Shown: positions 9,113 through 18,690, numbered from the stretch's first letter. The stretch is 52,602 nucleotides of DNA from a virus (IMGVR_UViG_3300032246_000731:1-52602); one strand, 5' to 3'. The notes: a model not told the origin generated them from the letters alone. Program-made: numbers and translations.

Positions 9113-11959
9113 TTATTGTAAATCGCCGGTGTAACCAGGATTAGCGTTGCTAAATTTCTCACGACCAGTCAAACTACTGCCGTTGTCGCGAGGCCCAGTT
9201 TTATCAACTTTTTGAGCACTGTCGCCGCCGACCGTAGCGGAGCCGATTAATTCTCTTACCTCATCTTCAAGTTGACGAGTTTCGAGATCATCCGGATACA
9301 TGGCCACAAGTTGTTTGAGTAATGCATCCAATACCGATCTTATCTGTGCTTCTGCACGTTTGCGTTCTTTTTCTTTTGGATCAACTTCTATTTTTTGGTC
9401 ACCGCCTCCACCGCCACCGCCGCCTTTCTTTGAAGGATCAGTAGTTGACCCATCATCGTCGGTAGTATTACCCAAATACCCCCAAGCGGCTAGTGCGGCT
9501 AATCCGCCCCACCATAAAGCACTCTTGCCATATTTGGTTAGCAGTCCACCTGCTTTGCCTAATGCGGCAGAAAGCTTTGGAAAACTTGTGGCTAATTTTT
9601 CTTTAATGCCTGTGACATACTTAGGATCATTTGCGGCACCTCCATGCGCATCGGCCTTTGGCGATGGTGCTGGTTCCACCTTTGCCGCTGGCTTTGGGGG
9701 TAAAGCTGATTGTGGTGCAGGCTTCCATCCAGTAGCTAAATCTTTTTGAACTTCTCGTTCCAGCGATTCAACATCTATTTTTGCATTTTTATTTTGCATT
9801 AAAGAGTTTAGCTTGCCAACTTCTTCGGGGCTTGCTTTGGTCACTACACTGTTAGGACCTTGATAGTACCACTCGCCATTTACGTGAGTAAATTGTTTGC
9901 CACCCATTTCCGCAGTATTTCCGTTAGCTACTCTAATCCATAGTTTACCGTCAGATCCAGTTGCGGGTATCCAACGTTCTCCGCTTTTAAGAACAATTTC
10001 AGTAGCGTCTTTACCAAATGTTTTTTCTAAAGCCAGTAGTGCAGTACGTTCTGCACTACGTATACCAAGTTTTTCTAACCCCATAGCTAAAAATTCTAGT
10101 GTTGCATTACCTTTACCTTCGTCTAAACTTAACATACGATTACGCAAATAAGTCATGCGTTCAACGTCAGTCATGCTACTATATAAAATGGATTCTGATA
10201 CAGCCGCCGGAGTAACACCTAATAGATTCGCTATTAGATCCCCTACTTTGTTAATATCATTACCTGTTTGTGCTTTAATTTTAGCTAGTGCTTCTTGAGG
10301 AGTCTTTGCGCCTAGCTTTTGCATCAATATATTACCAGTATCATCCCCAGCTGATGTTGCTACTGCCGGTGTTGCGGCTTTAACAGGTTGTGCCGCCAAC
10401 GCCGCCGCCGCTGGCGAGTTGGGCGCGGCTACTGCTACTGCTGATGGAGCAGACGCAATCGCGGCTGATTTCGCTATCGAAGGAGCAACTGCACTTGCAT
10501 CACTTGTAGCACTTGCGGCAACTGGAGTACTAGATACTTTAGCTGGTGTTGGTTTGATACCTGCAGGCAATGCGACACCGTGTTTCTTAGCTAGGTTAAC
10601 TAGTTCAGGAGTTAATTCTCCGTCTGCACCTACATTGGCCTTAGGATCTTTTAGTTTGATTGCATCTTGTACTGTTCTAATAGCTTTTTGCTTTCTTTGA
10701 ATTTCTTTAGCTTCAACATCGGCATTGTGCGGAGTTCTGTGATATTTGTCAAGGCCCATCTCTGCACCGGTAACAATCGCACCTTTAACAAGTTGTGCCG
10801 CTACTCCGCCAGGTCCTAATGGAATAGCCACTGCACCTGCAAGTTGTCCAATAGTGTATAATACTGGACTGTTTTTCTTAGCGGCTTCAGTTTTCTTTAG
10901 TTGTCTAACTAGTTCTTCACCGTAAGTAGTACCTTTATACTTTGATAACATATAGGCCACAGCATTATCTGCGTAACCAAGTGTAAATCCAGCCGCAAAT
11001 CCGCGACCTACATCGCTAAGATCCTGGCCAATGTCTTCGTTAATGCTATATTGTACTAGATTGTCATTGGAATCATAATATAAGAATATACCAGCAGTCT
11101 TATTTGTCTGACTGTTACTGATAATATAAATTTCTTCTCTTAACTGTTCACGACCTTCAGTCATGGTCTGTGCTCGTATGCCTTTAAGTTTACCAATAGC
11201 ATCACGAATTTGACTTATTAAAACATCGCGATATTTTCTATATTCTTCATACTTGTCGATCAATGCATGGACATCCTTTTCAACATCTGGATCACCTTTG
11301 AACGATTTTAATTTTTCAATATAAACTTTTAATTTTTTATGTTCGTCTCTTGAGATAGCTTCGGCTATCTTTTGGAATTCATATCCAAATGATTCTACAA
11401 GAGATTGTGCAAGGGTACCGCGTAGATTATTTTCTTGAATTGGGGTAGCATCTGCTTGCGTAACTGCTCGCTTACTTACTAATGCTTTATCGATAATTTC
11501 CATGGACTGGTCGATCATATCGTCAGTGTTAGAAACATAACCGCTAGCTGTCTTGGCACTAACTTCATCTTTGCCCATAAACCCTAATAATGCACTAGTT
11601 CTAGCGGCCGGCGGAATTAATCCGTGAGTTTCCATGCGCTCTACTTCTCGTTGATATGCGCCGAACCATGCCCACTGCCCGTTGTTATCTACCCATTTAC
11701 CGGTAACAGGATCAAACAATCCTGGATAATCGTTTTGTCTAGCCAAATTAGCCAGTGCTTGTTTACGTTCTTCAGTATCTTTAATAGAACGGGTTGCCAT
11801 GATTTCTTTATAATGCAAACGTTCCATTAGCTCAACATACGCTTCTTTTAAAAGTTGTAGTTCTTCTGTTAAAATCTTATCAACCGCAGATGTGCTTTCT
11901 AACAATACTTGCTTGTTATCGATAGTATCTAATTTTGTAAGTAATGCTTTTAAGTCCAT
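9113..11959 (-). CDS. Large probable internal virion/ejection protein with hydrophobic segments
   Basis: 948 aa; GRGFAAGFTLGYAD Gly-rich segment, Ala/Pro linker, TM-like ALWWGGLAALAAWGYLG, poly-Gly, many (L/V/I)xE sites. Confidence 0.5.
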   Translation of the reverse strand: MDLKALLTKLDTIDNKQVLLESTSAVDKILTEELQLLKEAYVELMERLHYKEIMATRSIKDTEERKQALANLARQNDYPGLFDPVTGKWVDNNGQWAWFGAYQREVERMETHGLIPPAARTSALLGFMGKDEVSAKTASGYVSNTDDMIDQSMEIIDKALVSKRAVTQADATPIQENNLRGTLAQSLVESFGYEFQKIAEAISRDEHKKLKVYIEKLKSFKGDPDVEKDVHALIDKYEEYRKYRDVLISQIRDAIGKLKGIRAQTMTEGREQLREEIYIISNSQTNKTAGIFLYYDSNDNLVQYSINEDIGQDLSDVGRGFAAGFTLGYADNAVAYMLSKYKGTTYGEELVRQLKKTEAAKKNSPVLYTIGQLAGAVAIPLGPGGVAAQLVKGAIVTGAEMGLDKYHRTPHNADVEAKEIQRKQKAIRTVQDAIKLKDPKANVGADGELTPELVNLAKKHGVALPAGIKPTPAKVSSTPVAASATSDASAVAPSIAKSAAIASAPSAVAVAAPNSPAAAALAAQPVKAATPAVATSAGDDTGNILMQKLGAKTPQEALAKIKAQTGNDINKVGDLIANLLGVTPAAVSESILYSSMTDVERMTYLRNRMLSLDEGKGNATLEFLAMGLEKLGIRSAERTALLALEKTFGKDATEIVLKSGERWIPATGSDGKLWIRVANGNTAEMGGKQFTHVNGEWYYQGPNSVVTKASPEEVGKLNSLMQNKNAKIDVESLEREVQKDLATGWKPAPQSALPPKPAAKVEPAPSPKADAHGGAANDPKYVTGIKEKLATSFPKLSAALGKAGGLLTKYGKSALWWGGLAALAAWGYLGNTTDDDGSTTDPSKKGGGGGGGGDQKIEVDPKEKERKRAEAQIRSVLDALLKQLVAMYPDDLETRQLEDEVRELIGSATVGGDSAQKVDKTGPRDNGSSLTGREKFSNANPGYTGDLQ

Positions 11960-11960
11960 T

Positions 11961-12407
11961 TTACATTCCTGCCGATTTTAATGTACTGCGTAAGAACCAT
12001 GCGTGTTTGCGATGGGCATCTTGTCTATCAGCTATGAAGTTACTTAGCCCGTGTTCGCCAGCGGCTTCTGCTAAATCGAAAACAACTTTTAAAAACTTAG
12101 CAATTTTTTCACTGTCTGCTAACAGTTCAGCGAGCATTGCCTCTGGTGCTGGAACTTCATTACTTTCTTGGATCGCACTGTATTTTAAATATGAGCTGTT
12201 ACTTCCAAGTGCATATGAACCTAACTTACGAATATTTTCTGCAAATGCATCTCGGGCATTGTATACTTCTGTATAGATAGTATTTAATAATTCATGATAC
12301 TGTGGAAAGTTTGAACCTTCTATATTCCAATGAAATGATGATGCCTTAACATAGTAGATGTTTTCACTAGCAAAGGCTATCTTCATTGCTTTAATTAATT
12401 CTTCCAT
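11961..12407 (-). CDS. dps: Dps family ferritin-like DNA protection protein
   Basis: FHWNIEGSNFPQYHELL, DAFAENIRKLG, HRKHAWFLRS signatures. Confidence 0.92.
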   Translation of the reverse strand: MEELIKAMKIAFASENIYYVKASSFHWNIEGSNFPQYHELLNTIYTEVYNARDAFAENIRKLGSYALGSNSSYLKYSAIQESNEVPAPEAMLAELLADSEKIAKFLKVVFDLAEAAGEHGLSNFIADRQDAHRKHAWFLRSTLKSAGM

Positions 12408-13393
12408 TATTCTACTACCTTTACATCAGCGTAGCCTTGTTTGCGATACATATTTAATGCCATGTTAACTGCGTGTCCATAACCGTGAACTGTATTAATA
12501 GTGGCCATTCTATGACGAGGTTGACCAGATTCTAAATCAGTCATTGTGCATTTAATTTTAAACTGCTCTGGATCTGGACCATTATGATATTCGTCATCTT
12601 CTCTTGGAGGACGACCAAATCCTGTGCGACTTGAATCATAATCGCGTTGATAAGCATCGCGATGTCCGTAACGACTTTCTTGCATACCTTGCTCACTTTG
12701 CAAATAATCCCAAACTGTTACCAGATAATCTTCGGCAAGACTTATTTTTTCTTCACACCATTCTGGAAGATTATCATTATCGCCTAGCATATTACCTAAG
12801 CCTTTTACAGCTCGTAGAGTAGTAAGTAAACTATTTTTGACTGATCGACCTTCTTGATCGTACTCTGCTGGGTCTTGCGATTCTTTGGCCGCAATCTTTT
12901 TCTTCGCTGTTTCAATTCCTGCCTCGCGGCGCTTAATAGCGTTCTTTGCTAGGTCTTTGTATTCGCCTTTCTTAGCGTGTGGTTCGAGATCTTTAACTTG
13001 TGCTTCTGCTTTACCTTGATATGACTGTAGTGTTTCTTTACTTAATTCGTCAACACGGTTTTCTTTGGCAAGTACACGGTCTGCAATAATTCGAGCCTGT
13101 TCGCTGATAACTTCTTTCTTTTGGCTAGCTGTTTCAGCCATTTGTTTTTCTGCTTGACCATAATATTGATAAAGCATACTGGACATTGCGGCCTTTTTAA
13201 CTTCTTTAATTGGTTTTGGTTGTGCAACTACAGGCTCTGCATAATGTTGCATGGCCATTTGAACTGGCAATGCGACCTTATGTGGATTAGAACCTTCCGT
13301 TACAACTGACAAAAATTTCTTTATGTCGTTAGAACCTTCTACAGGCTTTGTAGAAGCCGTGTCCAATGCCTGTAGAATTTTCTTCATGTCCAT
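12407..13393 (-). CDS. Probable head-associated modular protein
   Basis: 328 aa, charged; contains LPEWCEEKISLAEDYLVTVWDYL module shared with the neighbouring ORF. Confidence 0.55.
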   Translation of the reverse strand: MDMKKILQALDTASTKPVEGSNDIKKFLSVVTEGSNPHKVALPVQMAMQHYAEPVVAQPKPIKEVKKAAMSSMLYQYYGQAEKQMAETASQKKEVISEQARIIADRVLAKENRVDELSKETLQSYQGKAEAQVKDLEPHAKKGEYKDLAKNAIKRREAGIETAKKKIAAKESQDPAEYDQEGRSVKNSLLTTLRAVKGLGNMLGDNDNLPEWCEEKISLAEDYLVTVWDYLQSEQGMQESRYGHRDAYQRDYDSSRTGFGRPPREDDEYHNGPDPEQFKIKCTMTDLESGQPRHRMATINTVHGYGHAVNMALNMYRKQGYADVKVVE

Positions 13394-13397
13394 TGGA

Positions 13398-14621
13398 TTA
13401 CCCCAATAGATGTCTAGTCAATTGCTTTATACGATCAAAGTCTGTAGATTCTTTAACAATGCCTACTTTCTTTTCTTCAGCTTTGCTAACTTTTTTACCT
13501 TCTTTCTCTTCAGCTTTAACTTCTGCTTTTTCTAACCAGGCTGGTTTCTTTCCTTTGCCTTTGCCTTCTAACATCTCTTGTGCGCGAGCGATTGCCGCAC
13601 GGATTTTTTTCTTGTCGCCGTATTGTAGTTGGTCAGCTGATTCTTCTAACTTACCAGCTTTAGCCATTTTAGCCTTAACAGCACCTGCTACACGTTCACC
13701 AGCCGCCTTACTTCCATATTCTTTAGCGGCCTTTTTAGCGACTGCTTTGAATCCTGTAGTCTTGCCGTTGTTGTGTTTACCTTCGTCAGCTTCTTTAACT
13801 TCTTTCTTGGCTGGAACTTTTTTGCTTTTTCCACATGCACATGGATCTTTCTTGCAAATTGGGCACTTCTTGCCTTCTGCCATGGCCTTACCTAAGTAAG
13901 TGCCTTCGGCTGTTTTCTTTTTAGCCATTGATTTTTTAATAGCAGTGTCTTTGTTTTGTTTATATTCTTCGTCATCCGGCTCATCGATGCCATCGTGGTC
14001 CATATCGCCTTTATCTTTAGCTTCGGCAACTTTATCACGGTTATCGAATTTTTCGTTGTCTTTCATGCCCCAAGTCTTGGCACTCTTTGGTGACATTTTT
14101 TGCGCTGGAGCTTTTTCTTTCTTCTCAGCGGCTGATTGTGCTTTGGCATGGCTCTTGATACCTTTACCTGATTTTTCGTCAGCATCGCCATCATCATGGT
14201 AGCTAGTATTCTTATGAACTACACCTGTACTAGTCTTAGTTAACTCGCCAGTACGTGTTTTCTTTGTATCGCCAACTTTCATTTCACCTTTTTCTTTAGT
14301 GTCGAAAGCGTTCTCGTCCATCTTTTCAGACTTGTCTTTGGCCGCCTTTTTCTTAAGTTCTTTAACTTTTTCTTTAGCTTCTGCAAGTTTGCTAGTTAGT
14401 ATAGCACGTTTGCCTTCGCTTAGGTTAGTACTTTCAGCAATCATTTGGCTGTAATCTTTGAACTGTTTTTCATAGTTCAAATACTGATATACCGTAGAAA
14501 TATCTTCTGCGGCTTTGCTAATCTTATCAGCAACCCAACCTTCTAGTTTTTGGTTTTCGTTGATTAATTTGAATAGTTTTGCACTTTGTTGTGCTGTTTT
14601 ATAAAGATCTTGTTTGGCCAT
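13398..14621 (-). CDS. Lys/Glu-rich probable prohead core/internal polyprotein
   Basis: Start moved to ATG 14621 (GGAG RBS, GATAAATA upstream); LEGWVADKISKA module, DMDHDGIDEPDD acidic loop, CPICKKDPCAC, repeated hydrophobic-x-E sites. Confidence 0.6.
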   Translation of the reverse strand: MAKQDLYKTAQQSAKLFKLINENQKLEGWVADKISKAAEDISTVYQYLNYEKQFKDYSQMIAESTNLSEGKRAILTSKLAEAKEKVKELKKKAAKDKSEKMDENAFDTKEKGEMKVGDTKKTRTGELTKTSTGVVHKNTSYHDDGDADEKSGKGIKSHAKAQSAAEKKEKAPAQKMSPKSAKTWGMKDNEKFDNRDKVAEAKDKGDMDHDGIDEPDDEEYKQNKDTAIKKSMAKKKTAEGTYLGKAMAEGKKCPICKKDPCACGKSKKVPAKKEVKEADEGKHNNGKTTGFKAVAKKAAKEYGSKAAGERVAGAVKAKMAKAGKLEESADQLQYGDKKKIRAAIARAQEMLEGKGKGKKPAWLEKAEVKAEEKEGKKVSKAEEKKVGIVKESTDFDRIKQLTRHLLG

Positions 14622-14643
14622 GTGGGACTCCGTTAACTTGTAA

Positions 14644-14651
14644 TATTTATC
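14644..14651 (-). promoter_or_regulatory. T4-late-like promoter motif GATAAATA
   Basis: TAAATA core about 22 nt upstream of ATG 14621; motif recurs before other structural genes. Confidence 0.5.
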
Positions 14652-14907
14652 TTTTGATGGCTGAGCCGCCACCAAAGATATTGCCCTTCATATCGAGGGC
14701 ATTTTTAGCTGTACCGTTTTTATTCTTTTTCTGGACTATTTTAGGAGGTTTAGGAGCCTTTGTACCAGATTTTCCTGGACTTCCTGTATAACTTTTTTTA
14801 CCGCGTTTTTTACCGATAGCAAGGTGCGGACTTACAACCGTGCCTATATTAGCCGCACTAGTAGCGCCTGCTGTAGCAGTTTCCGATATGATTTCACGTA
14901 ATCTCAT
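14647..14907 (-). CDS. Small basic probable internal head protein
   Basis: MRLREIISE leader then ATAGATSAANI and a Lys-rich tail; ATGA overlap. Confidence 0.65.
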   Translation of the reverse strand: MRLREIISETATAGATSAANIGTVVSPHLAIGKKRGKKSYTGSPGKSGTKAPKPPKIVQKKNKNGTAKNALDMKGNIFGGGSAIKR

Positions 14908-15257
14908 ACTCCGTACTTGTTCCTTTTAATTTTTGCAACTGGGCTAGTAACATCTGTATCAGCATATTCTTCGCTTGGTCCTTTTGGAACAACTACTGTT
15001 CCTTTAATACCAAGTGCAGATTCGGCATCTTTAATCTGTTGTTCTTCGACCGAATTTCCAATCCAAACAGTTGGATTATCACGTGCAGGCCCTTCAGCAG
15101 GAGTGTGTTTACCACCTGCAATCGCAATGCCTAGACGATACATATCGTAATAAGTACCTATCTGGTCATATCTTTTAGCAAAAGGCCCTGATAGTTGAAT
15201 ACCTTTACGTAAAGGTTTATCAGCGTTTGCTTCGTTTAAAAATTCTTTTGCTCTCAT
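14904..15257 (-). CDS. Probable internal head protein, paralogous to the C-terminal module of ORF 15549-17087
   Basis: MRAKEFLNE leader; YDMYRLGIAIA and SPVAKIKRNKYGV match YTAYRFGIALA and SPVAGVKRNKYGI. Confidence 0.65.
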   Translation of the reverse strand: MRAKEFLNEANADKPLRKGIQLSGPFAKRYDQIGTYYDMYRLGIAIAGGKHTPAEGPARDNPTVWIGNSVEEQQIKDAESALGIKGTVVVPKGPSEEYADTDVTSPVAKIKRNKYGV

Positions 15258-15258
15258 T

Positions 15259-15552
15259 TTATTTTCCTACTGGTTTTTCACCAGTCATGTAAGGCAAACT
15301 AAACCATAATTTAAACCACTCTGGAGTTCCTGGTTTAATATTATTTTGTTTCATTAATTCGCCTTTATTGCTACCAGTTACACTAATGTTGCTACCTTGA
15401 TTAGCACGATATTCGTGCAGTCTTGCTTGTCCGCCTAATCCGCCCATACCTGATAGTATTTTTAACTCTTGGACAGGATCGTCAGGTGCAAGGTAGCAGT
15501 CTTCCGGACTATCTTGATTTAAATCTTGGCTAGTAATTCTATATTGTTTCAT
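15259..15552 (-). CDS. Hypothetical phage protein (IKPGTPEWFKLWFSLPY motif)
   Basis: 97-aa ORF with ATGA overlap in the operon. Confidence 0.65.
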   Translation of the reverse strand: MKQYRITSQDLNQDSPEDCYLAPDDPVQELKILSGMGGLGGQARLHEYRANQGSNISVTGSNKGELMKQNNIKPGTPEWFKLWFSLPYMTGEKPVGK

Positions 15553-17087
15553 ATACCGTATTTATTACGTTTTACGCCAGCTACTGGACTAACTTTATTT
15601 GTACTAGGTAACTCTTTTGATTTAGCCGATGTACTAGAACTTGATCGAACACCCATTGATTTTTCTGCACCTTTTCTAATATCCGCATCCGCATCTGTAT
15701 AATCAATCATGGCGAACGAATTTGCCAACGCACTTTTCTTAGCCATATCAGTGAAATCTGGACTTGGCGCAAGGGCAATGCCAAATCGATAAGCAGTATA
15801 TGAATCGCTATTATTTAAACTATCATAAACAGTCATACCAGGAATCGCATCTTTCTCAAACTGCTTTAATGATTCTCTAGCTTTAGCTTCGTACAGTTCT
15901 TCTAATGCTTCGCTAACTCTCTTGTGCTTCATTGCGTTGCTTAATTGTTTAGTACCTTTGTCAGCTTGATTAAATTCTTTAGCAACTGATTGTTTAATTC
16001 CTAACTTCTTTGCAAATTTAGGATCATGTGCGGCCGCGGCCATAGTACGTGCTTGTTTTTCAGTTGTACTTCTTTCGTTAATTGATTCGTTTGGTACACA
16101 GTTGTTTACACGGATGCCGCCTTTAACTTTAGTACCTTCTTTGTGTTTGCCCTTCCAGCATTTAGGATCTAGTCTTTGTTTTATTTCTGATAAAGTTTGA
16201 TCGTCTTTTTTAGGTTCTTCTTTAGGCTTCATACGATCGGCGATGCCTTGTAATTCACGACGCATGTGTTCACGTTCATTACTTGCACTAGATTTAGCAC
16301 GTTCACGATCCCATGCACGTTGTAGTTTAACTGCCGCACTCATACGTTTTGTTTCAGCTAACTCTTGTGCTGGCCCTTTTGTTTTAGTTTGTTTCATAGC
16401 AATCTTCTCAGCTTTTTGTTTTTCTTTCTCAGCTCGCTGTTGTTCTTTTTCAGCTTTAGCCGCATCCTTAGCGGCCTGAGCTTCACGATGCGGTATTAAA
16501 TAATGTGCCACTAGATCAAAGAACTTGTGGCCAGCAACCAATGTATCAGCTGATACTCCAGCCGCTTGCGCAAAACCATGCCTGTCCCCGGCCGCAACAG
16601 CATTGCGTAATGCTGTAGCACTACTAATACGTAAATGCTTTTTAGCTACATCAATACTATCAAACGGAAGTTTAATATCTTGAAAAGAATATTCACCGTG
16701 ATTTGATACTTGTCCATTAGACTTTAATAGTCCAGGAACAACATATGGCTCGTCCGTGATAACAAGTAATGTGATTGGTAATGTACGTCCAGGTACGCCG
16801 CCGTATTTTTTAAATACATAGGTAGCAAGTGTCCACCAGCTTTGTTCGGCTACAAGGTGATCTTCTACTTCAGGCATGATTGCCTTCATTGCTTCAATTT
16901 TAACTTCAAACGGTAACGGATCTTCTGGACCAACTGTACTTTTGTTAGTACCCACATACCATTGGTCTGCTACCTGTGAAGCAGTTTCCCATGCATGTTT
17001 ATGACCTTTGTGCGGAGGATTAAACCGCCCGAAGATAATTGCTACGGTTTGCGGCATTGCAGATTCTGTTAAATGATATGCTTTCAA
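15549..17087 (-). CDS. HIGH-motif (cytidylyltransferase-like) nucleotidyltransferase fused to multiple small modules
   Basis: FGRFNPPHKGH, DPLPFEVKI, ISSATALRNA motifs in the N-terminal ~200 aa; likely TTG start at 17087 (TTGA overlap). Confidence 0.8.
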   Translation of the reverse strand: MKAYHLTESAMPQTVAIIFGRFNPPHKGHKHAWETASQVADQWYVGTNKSTVGPEDPLPFEVKIEAMKAIMPEVEDHLVAEQSWWTLATYVFKKYGGVPGRTLPITLLVITDEPYVVPGLLKSNGQVSNHGEYSFQDIKLPFDSIDVAKKHLRISSATALRNAVAAGDRHGFAQAAGVSADTLVAGHKFFDLVAHYLIPHREAQAAKDAAKAEKEQQRAEKEKQKAEKIAMKQTKTKGPAQELAETKRMSAAVKLQRAWDRERAKSSASNEREHMRRELQGIADRMKPKEEPKKDDQTLSEIKQRLDPKCWKGKHKEGTKVKGGIRVNNCVPNESINERSTTEKQARTMAAAAHDPKFAKKLGIKQSVAKEFNQADKGTKQLSNAMKHKRVSEALEELYEAKARESLKQFEKDAIPGMTVYDSLNNSDSYTAYRFGIALAPSPDFTDMAKKSALANSFAMIDYTDADADIRKGAEKSMGVRSSSSTSAKSKELPSTNKVSPVAGVKRNKYGI

Positions 17088-18298
17088 TTTTTCCACCCTG
17101 GTGCAACAATTTTCATATTGCCGTGTTTATGATGAGGTTGTGCGTAGCGAACATAACCTTCGCTGTTAGTTGCCCATACATCTGCATCATGTGTATCGTT
17201 AGTTATTTTGTATATGTCGTGTTTAATATCTCTAATAACTTTCATAGCATGAAATAATTCATTCAAAGCGCCGCCTGTCTGTGCATCTAATTGTTCGATC
17301 GCCTGACGTTTAGGCAATGAAACTCTTTCTTTACCATTTGCCAATGGCTCTTTCATCCAATCAAAGAATACTCGCGCATTGATCTGTTCAAACGTACCAC
17401 CTGCATTTTTTTGATTTAAAAATGGATAAAAGATTCCATTCTTATCTGTATGTGAAACACTGCTGACAAACTGATCAATTTTTTGACCATGTTGCTCTAG
17501 CCATGTTTGTTTTGTTTTTACATCTTTTTTAGCAGTAAGCTCTTCGCCGCTTTTTGCTTGAGCAGGTGCCTGACTGTTATAAATTGGATCTAACACAATT
17601 AATCCAGGAGTTCCATTAAATTCGCTAAAGTCGTCTTTAGGTTGTTGTGCAGAGTCAGGAGCACCAAAGGTATCAAATGTACCGTGTGCGGCTATCATAA
17701 GTTTTGCACCGGCAATTCTTTTACCTAAATCACTGGATTGACTAACATGGTATTCTGTAGCACTATGTGGATTAGGATGCATATTGTATGTACCGCTAGA
17801 ATCCATTTTAGGCTTAGTAGCTGGCATAAAAATTGCATCAGCATACACGAACCCAACAAAATCTTTTGGAGTGGCCGCGTCGAATACCGGATATAAACTA
17901 CTAAACTCGCTAGCAAAGCGTTGACGCTCTGGAGTTATCTCTTGTCCTTTAGCACCTTCACCGCTTTTGTTTAAGATAAAGTTTTTTACAGCTTCTGGAC
18001 TGGTAAAGTCGTCCATCGTTGTGCCAGTGTTGCGGCCACCTTTACCCCAACCGTTATGTCCTGCTAGTATTAACGGACCTCCTGCAACTTCTCTACCCCA
18101 ATAAATTTGAGGATTACCGTCCCATTTAAAACGTAGTTGTTTAGGTTCGGCTTTAATCTCGTCAAAGTGTTGTAGTGCTTCGAGTATTCCGCTTACACCA
18201 TGAAAGATTACAAAATGTTCTGGATGGTTGAAAGCTCTGCCTAGTTGTGGCGCTTTTGCTTGGGCAACTTCTCGAATAAACAGCTCTCTTAGTAACAC
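17084..18298 (-). CDS. KWDG-motif phage protein (DUF6267-like, possible ATP-dependent ligase-fold nucleotidyltransferase)
   Basis: HPEH, RFKWDGNP (KxDG), YADAIF, EGYV, MKIV resemble ligase motifs I, III, IV and V. Confidence 0.55.
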   Translation of the reverse strand: MLLRELFIREVAQAKAPQLGRAFNHPEHFVIFHGVSGILEALQHFDEIKAEPKQLRFKWDGNPQIYWGREVAGGPLILAGHNGWGKGGRNTGTTMDDFTSPEAVKNFILNKSGEGAKGQEITPERQRFASEFSSLYPVFDAATPKDFVGFVYADAIFMPATKPKMDSSGTYNMHPNPHSATEYHVSQSSDLGKRIAGAKLMIAAHGTFDTFGAPDSAQQPKDDFSEFNGTPGLIVLDPIYNSQAPAQAKSGEELTAKKDVKTKQTWLEQHGQKIDQFVSSVSHTDKNGIFYPFLNQKNAGGTFEQINARVFFDWMKEPLANGKERVSLPKRQAIEQLDAQTGGALNELFHAMKVIRDIKHDIYKITNDTHDADVWATNSEGYVRYAQPHHKHGNMKIVAPGWKN

Positions 18299-18673
18299 TT
18301 AGTTTGCCTCGTAATGTCCGTCTTGGATTTTTCTAATTTCGTCATCTAACAAGTGCTTGGATACTTCGTCTAATAATTTTTTATCCGGTTCCGGCGGCAG
18401 TTGTTTGATATTAAATTTGTCAATATATTGATTATAACATTCTTTGACTGCTTTGTCAAAAAGCGCAACATCAACATCTTTACCAGAATCTAGTTGATCT
18501 TTGCATGACATAATTGCTGGGAATGTATGTCTACGATATGCATTATCGTCGTGATGCATAAAAAACATCAAATCATCTTTTAGATCAAATCCTAACCCGT
18601 GGGGATCGTTAGGATCCTTATCTGGTTTGCTTGGATTAAAATCTAGGCTTTCACAAAGTTCATTTATACGCAT
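18299..18673 (-). CDS. Hypothetical phage protein, first gene of the head-protein operon
   Basis: 124 aa, MRINELCES leader. Confidence 0.7.
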   Translation of the reverse strand: MRINELCESLDFNPSKPDKDPNDPHGLGFDLKDDLMFFMHHDDNAYRRHTFPAIMSCKDQLDSGKDVDVALFDKAVKECYNQYIDKFNIKQLPPEPDKKLLDEVSKHLLDDEIRKIQDGHYEAN

Positions 18674-18690
18674 GTTTAGTCCGTTATTTC

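Noticed and set aside
9400-9425. CCGCC-rich short tandem repeat
   Set aside because: Encodes the poly-Gly linker of the 948-aa protein; not an independent repeat element
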